A stretch of DNA of 64,000 nucleotides, taken from an uncultured Bacteroidales bacterium. GTDB lineage: Bacteria > Bacteroidota > Bacteroidia > Bacteroidales > VadinHA17. Below are positions 57,104-64,000 of the stretch, piece after piece. A model generated the notes under the pieces. It was given only the letters and a program-made list of their open reading frames with translations, ran no database searches and had not been told where the DNA came from. The DNA lies in contig CAVWCO010000022.1 of the NCBI GenBank assembly GCA_963753495.1, positions 214,436 to 278,435 on the forward strand. Reading direction: 5' to 3'. The position numbers were made by a program, and so were the translations under genes. Position 1 is the stretch's first letter. Every line of letters starts with the position of its first letter.

Positions 57104-59132
57104 ATGACCCCTGCTAAATTCTATTCATCTGATCCATGGCTCGACCCATTCAAGGGCATTATCGAGAGCCGGATAAGTAAGTGCATAGCTAAGGAGCTGC
57201 AGCTTGCCGGTGATGGCAAACTCATTGAATTTGCGATGGGCCATTTTTATTATGGCCTCCATCGCAATCACGATGGTTGGATATTCAGGGAATGGGCTCC
57301 CAATGCCGATGATATTTACCTTACCGGTATGTTCAGTAACTGGAAAGAAAAGTCTGCCTTCAGGCTGCAAAGGATCAATTCATATGGTGACTGGGAAATA
57401 AAATTGCCCCCCGAATTATTAAATCATGGCGATCTGTTTAAGCTTTCCGTGCACTGGCATGGAGGAAAGGGCGAAAGGATCCCGTCATATGCAACCCGTC
57501 TTGTTCAGGATGAAAATACAAAGATATTCTCAGCCCAGATCTGGAATCCGGATAAACCATACAAATGGAAAATTGAAGATTTCAGGGCACCTGTTACTGC
57601 CCCTGTTATTTATGAGGCGCATATCGGGATGGCAACTCCTGATGAAAAGCTTGGAACTTACCGCGAATTTACCACGAATGTCCTGCCTTCTGTAATAAAA
57701 TCAGGATATAACACAATTCAGCTGATGGCAATCCAGGAGCACCCCTTCTACGGATCGTTCGGTTATCATGTCTCAAGCTTTTTTGCAGCATCCTCAAGAT
57801 TCGGAACGCCTGAAGATCTTAAAGAACTGATCGATAAAGCCCATGCCTCGGGAATAAGGGTGATAATGGACCTTGTTCACTCCCATTCGGTAAAAAACGT
57901 AAATGAAGGGTTGGGACTGTTCGACGGAACGCCCGGCCAGTACTTTCACACAAACGACAGAAGAAATCATGTCGCATGGGATTCATTATGCTTTGATTAC
58001 GGGAAAGATAATGTTCTGCATTTCCTTCTGTCGAACTGCAGGTATTGGCTCGAGGAGTATAAATTCGACGGATTCAGGTTCGACGGTGTCACAAGTATGA
58101 TCTATTATAATCACGGGCTTGAGAAGAGCTTCAGTACCTATGATGATTATTTCGACGGGGGACAGGATACAGATGCTCTGATTTATCTCTACCTGGCAAA
58201 TAAAATGATCCACGATTTCAAGCCCGGAGCACTGACCATTGCCGAGGATATGAGCGGAATGCCAGGACTTGCAGCCGAGACAGAAAGGAAAGGATTTGGC
58301 TTTGATTACAGGCTGTCGATGGGAGTTCCCGATTTATGGATAAAGCTTGTAAAAGACACCCCTGATGAAAACTGGAATATGGAGCACCTTATTCATGAGC
58401 TCACCCAGCACAGGCCGGAAGAAAAAATAATTTCATACTGCGAATCGCACGACCAGGCTCTTGTTGGTGATAAAACTTTGATATTCCGGATGCTGGATGC
58501 AGAAATGTATACAGGAATGAAAAAGTCGTATCACAGTTTTACTATGGATCGCGGAATTGCCCTTCACAAAATGATAAGGCTGATCACCTTCAGCACTTCC
58601 GGGGGCGGATACCTGAATTTCATGGGAAATGAGTTCGGACATCCCGAATGGATCGATTTCCCGCGTGAAGGGAATAACTGGAGTTACAAGTATGCACGCC
58701 GCCAGTGGCATCTGGCTTATGATGAGGACCTTAAATATTCATACCTGCTGAAGTTCGATAATGCCATGGTGAAACTCCATAAGGAATACAGGTTCCTTGA
58801 TGAACCAGGCGTATTCAGGATTTATGAGAATAATTATGACAAGGTAATAGCTTACATCAGAGGTGATCTCCTGATTGTATTCAATTTTCATCCGGTAAAT
58901 TCATTCACCGATTACGGAATTCCTGTCAAAGGCAAGTTCAGGATTGTTCTTGATTCTGATGATCCTGCCTTTGGCGGTTTCGACAGGGTGAACAGGACTG
59001 CCTTTTATACATCTACCCGAAAAGGAGAAAGGCCGACACTTAATCCAGCCTTTCTATCTTTTCCTGTATCTTCCGTCGCGCAGCGCCCTGGTCCTGAAAA
59101 GGGAACAGGTAAAAAAGGCGACGGATATTTAA
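57104..59132 (+). pseudogene. glgB: GH13 1,4-alpha-glucan branching enzyme (eukaryote-like subfamily); the C-terminal ~33 aa are displaced by a 1-nt frameshift (as assembled)
   Basis: The ORF track gives 57104..59413. The GH13 motifs are DLVHSH, FRFDGVTSM, AEDMSG and GNEFGHPEW. After about 59030 the expected ending ...LYLPSRSALVLKREQ is in the +1 frame and stops at TAA 59130..59132. Confidence 0.85.
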
Positions 59133-62100
59133 TCAATCCACCTCAGCAGATAAAAATCCTGTTTGTGTGGAAGGTCTTTGTGTCTTGGATAAATCCTGAT
59201 CCCATAGAAAAATGTTCCGGCTTTTTCAGGTACAAGGTTAGCCCTGAACAGACATTTGCCGCTCTTGCTGTTGATAAGCTTAAATTCCTGGCTATTAACA
59301 AATTCATATTCTCCATTCTTATTCAGGTGAGTGAACACAAACTCAACTCCAACATATTCTTTTGGAATCTTTTTGATATCAAGCGCTATCTCTGCCCTGT
59401 AATCATGACCTGAATGATAAATATTTTCATCGGGCCTTTCGAATTTAAAATTCAGTACTTCAATATTATCCCACTCCTCCCTCATTTTATACTTCCATGA
59501 AGCCATCTCTTTTGCTTTCTCAAAATCGTTCGCCGTGAGATACTGGTTCCTTGCCCATAACTTCATATAATACTTTTCAAAATAGTCATCAAGCATCCTT
59601 CTCATTGTAAATTCGGGAGCTATTTTGACCATCGTATTCTTTATGTGACTTATCCATTCAACCGGTATACCGTGATCGTTAAATGAATAATATGCAGGAA
59701 CGATTTCAAATTCAAGCATGTTATAGATAGTTTCAGCATCCACATCATCCTGAAGATCCTGAACATTAAATGTTTTCTTCATCGGAAGAGCCCAGCCTGC
59801 ATAGGCATGATAGCCCTCTACCCACCAGCCGTCGAGAACGCTGAAATGCAGTGTTCCGTTCATAACTGCTTTTTCACCGCTTGTACCTGAAGCTTCAAGG
59901 GGCCGTGTAGGTGTATTAAGCCAGATATCAACTCCCCTTACAAGATTTTTCGCGAGCTCTGCATCATAGTTCTCCAGGAAAGTAACTTTACCTGCAAACT
60001 GCGGCAACTGGGATATTTCGAAAACCCTTTTGATAAGATCCTGCCCGCCTCCGTCATGAGGATGGGCTTTCCCGGCAAAAATAAACTGAACAGGCCGGTC
60101 CGGATCATTGACAATTTTTGAAAGTCTGTCAAGGTCCCTGAATAACAGCGATGCCCTTTTATAGGTTGCGAACCTCCTGGCAAAACCGATTGTAAGGGCC
60201 TTGTCGTTGAGATGGGTGCTTATGTTCAGCAATGTACGCGGGCTTACATGCTTTTCCATCATATCCGACTGAAGCCTCTTCCTGATATTTATAAAGAGAT
60301 TCTTTTTTAGCCTGGTTTTAATTTCATAGATTTTCTTATCTTCCAGGTTGTACACTTTCTCCCACTGGCTTCTGTCAGTCTGATCAAAGTTTTCACTGCC
60401 TGTCAGCTGTTTATATACCTCCTTCCATTCCGGTGCAAGCCATGTCGGATAGTGAACACCGTTAGTGACGTAGCCAATGTAAAGTTCTTCCTTCAGGTAT
60501 CCGGGCCAGAGCTTGTTAAATAATCCCTGTGTAACCTTTCCGTGAAGCTTGCTAACGCCGTTTAATTCCTGAGACATGTGAGTAGCAAGATAACTCATAT
60601 TGAATTTTCTATCTGCTTCTCCTTCACAGCGGCCCAATGCCATTAATTCGTCCCACGAAATATTGAGGCGTGCATGATAATGTGAAATGTATTTTCTCAG
60701 GATATCTTCCTCAAAAGCATCATGCCCTGCAGGTACAGGAGTATGAGTTGTGAAAAGGGTTGAGGACCTGATTGCTTCAATAGCCTGACTAAATGTAAGA
60801 TGATTATCCTCAATGAGATGTCTTATACGTTCAAGGCTGATAAATGCAGAATGTCCTTCATTGCTGTGAAAAAGATCAGGCTTTAATCCGATCGCTGTCA
60901 GTGCCCTTATTCCACCAATCCCGAGAATCAGTTCCTGTTTTAGTCTGTTTTCATGATCACCTCCATAAAGATAGTGGGTTATTGACCGGTCTTCAGGAGT
61001 ATTATCTTCAAAATCAGTATCGAGTAAATAGAGTGAGACTTTCCCGATTTTTGCCTCCCACACCCTGACGCTAACATTTCTCCCGGGCCAGACAAGGCTT
61101 ATTACAAGCTGTGTTCCTCCGGAAATCTTTACAGGGCTTATTGGAATACGTGAGAATTCCTCAGCTTCATAAATTGTAAGCTGTTCCCCTTTTGGACCAA
61201 GTTTTTGCTTGAAATATCCAAATCTGTAAAGCAGTCCGACTCCTGTAATATTTTTATTGGAATCGCTCGCCTCTTTCAGATAATCACCCGCAAGAATTCC
61301 AAGACCGCCTGAATAGATCTTCAGACAGGGGTGGATACCAAACTCCATACTGAAGTAGGCGACTGATGGCTTATCTTTTTCATAAGGTCTGTTTAAATAC
61401 TCTTTGAATATCCTGTAAATCTTTTCAAGATCCGCTACAAACTCCTCATCATCCTCCAGAACCAGCAGCCTTTTGTAATCTATCTTTTCAAGAAGCAGTC
61501 TGGGATTATGAACGACCTCTTCCCATAGTGATGGATCCATTCTCCTGAACAATGCTTCTGCTTCAGTATTCCATGACCACCAAAGGTTATTGGCAAGTTC
61601 CTTCAATATTGACAGCTTATCAGGCACATCGCTCTGAACATAAATATCTTTCCAGACAGGTATCTGGTGAGGTTTTCTGATCTGTAACCCGGTGGCTTCA
61701 ACAAACTGGGCCAACTCCCTGGGTTCCTCTCTCCTTCCGCTGCTGTGGTCAAGGGCATTCTCCCAGGCCTCAAAATAGTGCTTAACCAGATTGTACCACA
61801 TCGCAATCCGTGAAATTTCATGGGCCTTTATTCTCGCTGCCCTGACTTCATCGCTGGTAAAGCCAATGAATTTATTAATGAATTCCCTGATTTCGGTTAT
61901 TACCTTATTTTCATTATCATCTGTTCTCTCAATTATGGCAATTCCGTTCCCGGGCTCCCTGAAGTATTTTCTGACCCAGAGGCCGAATCCTGAAAGTGAA
62001 GTTGTAACTGTAGGAATTGAGAACATTAAGCTTTCAAGCGGAGTATATCCCCATGGTTCATAGTACGAAGGAAATACCGAAAGATCAAATCCGATAAACA

Positions 62101-63356
62101 GGTCATAATATGACAGATTAAATATCCCGTCATTCCCATTCAGGTATGATGGGGTAAATATTATCTTAACTTTCTGGTCCTGATTATTTGTGAGGTTATT
62201 GTTCCTTATGCCCTGAAGTACAGGATCGCTCGACGGATAGTGCAGGCTATGTGTAAGATACCTGTCATTGCCACCTGCAACCCCGTTATTATACAGAATA
62301 TCAATAATATCCTGTCTGGGTCCCTTATGATAAGCCGGCATGAGAATAAAAGCAACACACTCCTTCCCGGGAGCATTATTTTTATTAAGCTCCCCGAGAG
62401 AATTAATAAAAATGTCAGTACCCTTATTCCTGAATTCATATCTTCCGCTATGTACGATAAATGTGCAATCATCGGTAAGGGAATATCCCAGAACAGCTTC
62501 CGCAACTTTTTTAAGCTTATTACGGGCTGAAATCCTTTTTCCCTCAAATGCATCATCAGTTGGAACAAATGAATCTTCAAATCCGTTAGGTGTCAATACA
62601 TCAACATCTCTCCCAAGAAAATAGTGAACATTCCGTGGAAGTGATTTCACTTATCGTTGTAAAAACATCGACCACTGAAGCTGAGGTTTTCTCGAGCGAT
62701 TGCTTGGCGACAACATTGAATTCCCTTGAAATCTGCACCGGATTGTATTCTTTCATCTTTCCGTACAGCGGTCTGTAATTCCCGGCTATGCATCGTCCCA
62801 GAACGGTTGCATGGGTTGTAAAACAAGTGGCGATCCATGGTACAGATTTTTCAATGTAGAGGATCCCGGTACCGGTCATCCATTCATGGAAATGTGCAAT
62901 TATATTATGACGGTCATGGTAAAATGAGGTGAAGCTTTCAATAACCTTTCCGGCGGCATAACCAAAAAGTGCAGGCTCAACATAATCCCACTGACCTGTA
63001 ATACTGTCAAGCTTATAGGTTTCCCAGAAATTGGCAAATATTTCATTCTGCTGTCCGAAATAAGGAGTAAAATCTATCAAAAAAACAATTGGTTTGCCGG
63101 CTATGTTCCATCTTCCTGTCTTAACCCTGAGTCCCTCATTTAATGCAATGATCTTCCATTCAGCAAAAAGGGTGTCATCAGGAATAAATTCAGGATTTGT
63201 AACCTCTTCCCTCCACACATCAGGACCAAGAAGAATATAATTATCTCCCAGCTCATTAACAACATTCAGTGCTTTTGTAGAAATAACAGTATGAATCCCT
63301 CCAACCTTGTTACAGACTTCCCAACTGGTTTCAAAAACTAGTTCAACATTCATCAT
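59129..63356 (-). pseudogene. Fusion of a GT3 glycogen synthase (N-terminal ~550 aa) and a GT35 alpha-glucan phosphorylase (C-terminal ~850 aa), interrupted by one frameshift (as assembled)
   Basis: ORF 62601..63356 starts FETSWEVCNKVGGIHTV, the GT3 hallmark. ORF 59129..62650 continues the GT3 domain (VLTPNGF, SYYEPWGYTPLES). It then carries an alpha-glucan phosphorylase with NLWWSWN and the PLP-Lys region EASGTSGEKAVMNG. Confidence 0.85.
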
Positions 63357-63415
63357 CAGATATATTGGTTCAGATTATTAATCGGAAATTCTTATTCGCT
63401 TTATTTTGATCTTTC

Positions 63416-64000
63416 TTATTTTGAAGATTTTGTTTCTTTCGAAGATCTGCTTTTTACAGAAATCAATGATTTTTTCCCTTTCAATATTTTCCCTTTAAGG
63501 GATTTCTTTTCGCCGATCAGGATTCCATTCCCTGAATTTTTCTTGCGGGAATTCTTCTTAAGACTTTGAAGTTCAACTGTTTGTTGCTCAATAATAGATT
63601 CTTTTTCTTTTATAAGATTATTGAGTTTAGATATCTCATTATGTTCAATTTTGTCCGGAATAAACCGGTTAACCCTGATTTCAAAATCGCTTAAAACATT
63701 CATATAATTCATAAATGCATCATATGGGGTATCATACGGATTGAAATAAGCATGTACAGCCCCATCAGAAAAGAATTTTGTTGCCATATAGTAAAAATGG
63801 TCGCTTGCCTGAAGATACTCCCAGTCCTTCATTATTTGTTTATCTTCACATCTTGTTGACTTTATCTGTCAGTTCATAGAGCTTGTCAAGGGCAGCCGCC
63901 TGCAGTTCATTCCCGTTCCATGCTGTGATATCACGCTCTTCGTCAGCCCACGAAATAGGAGAAGGAATACTTATTGCAGATACCGGCTGAAGATTATCTG
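63416..64000 (-). pseudogene. GH57 alpha-amylase-like enzyme, C-terminal part (N-terminus beyond the window), with a frameshift near 63855 (as assembled)
   Basis: ORF 63416..63832 begins KDWEYLQASDHFYYM, a GH57 motif. The upstream sequence SWADEERDITAWNGNELQAAALDKLYELTDKV is in another frame that runs to the window edge. Confidence 0.75.

Noticed and set aside
59133-59413. The last ~94 codons of ORF 57104..59413, which look like a novel C-terminal extension of the branching enzyme.
   Set aside because: The extension is antisense to the phosphorylase 3' end. The genuine conserved C-terminus is in the +1 frame and stops at 59132, so this is a read-through artefact of a frameshift.
9412-63868. 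Programmed ribosomal frameshifting or transcriptional slippage as an explanation for the split genes.
   Set aside because: The breaks occur in many unrelated genes. They lack slippery heptamers or downstream stimulatory structures, and none is in a gene family known to use recoding. Indel error, or decay in the case of comF, is the simpler explanation.
1-64000. Mobile element, prophage, defence island or biosynthetic cluster.
   Set aside because: I found no integrase, transposase, restriction-modification, toxin-antitoxin, Cas, phage structural or PKS/NRPS-like ORFs in any frame. The tRNA-Leu has no flanking direct repeats or integrase.

Overview
This is a housekeeping-rich 64-kb chromosomal window that looks like a Bacteroidota (Bacteroidia-type) genome. 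The phylum call rests on gene content and order, many lipoprotein signal peptides, and TAnnTTTG -7 boxes.

Content:
- purH-mreB-mreC-mreD-mrdA-rodA operon; tig-clpP-clpX; folA-thyA; rplU-rpmA-serS.
- An arginine block: carA > < argH < argG < argR | > carB.
- Several ABC transporters and the CAZymes GH95 and GH97.
- A eukaryote-style glycogen cluster: a GH13 branching enzyme, a GT3 synthase fused to a GT35 phosphorylase, and GH57.
- One tRNA-Leu(UAG).

I found no rRNA, CRISPR array, transposase, integrase, phage gene or recognisable defence or toxin module. I cannot point to a convincing new multi-gene system.

Observations worth a second look:
1. At least 14 single-base frame breaks hit about 11 conserved genes, including rodA, lptB, clpX and recQ. 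Most sit in or next to short homopolymers or dinucleotides. This looks like assembly indel error, but it would be remarkable if real.
2. Short tandem or palindromic arrays fill whole intergenic gaps:
   - an 8-bp x14 microsatellite upstream of a GNAT gene;
   - an 11-bp-phased GATATC/T-tract array upstream of thyA;
   - a triple direct repeat ending in a perfect 32-bp palindrome between carA and argH;
   - a dispersed CACRRAG / CTYYGTG array family at four gene 3' ends.
3. A glycogen synthase-phosphorylase fusion of about 1,400 aa.
4. A 1,046-aa ABCG-like protein with a long non-ABC N-terminus, apparently co-transcribed with an uncharacterised lipoprotein.

All family assignments come from reading motifs in the supplied translations. 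No database search was run.
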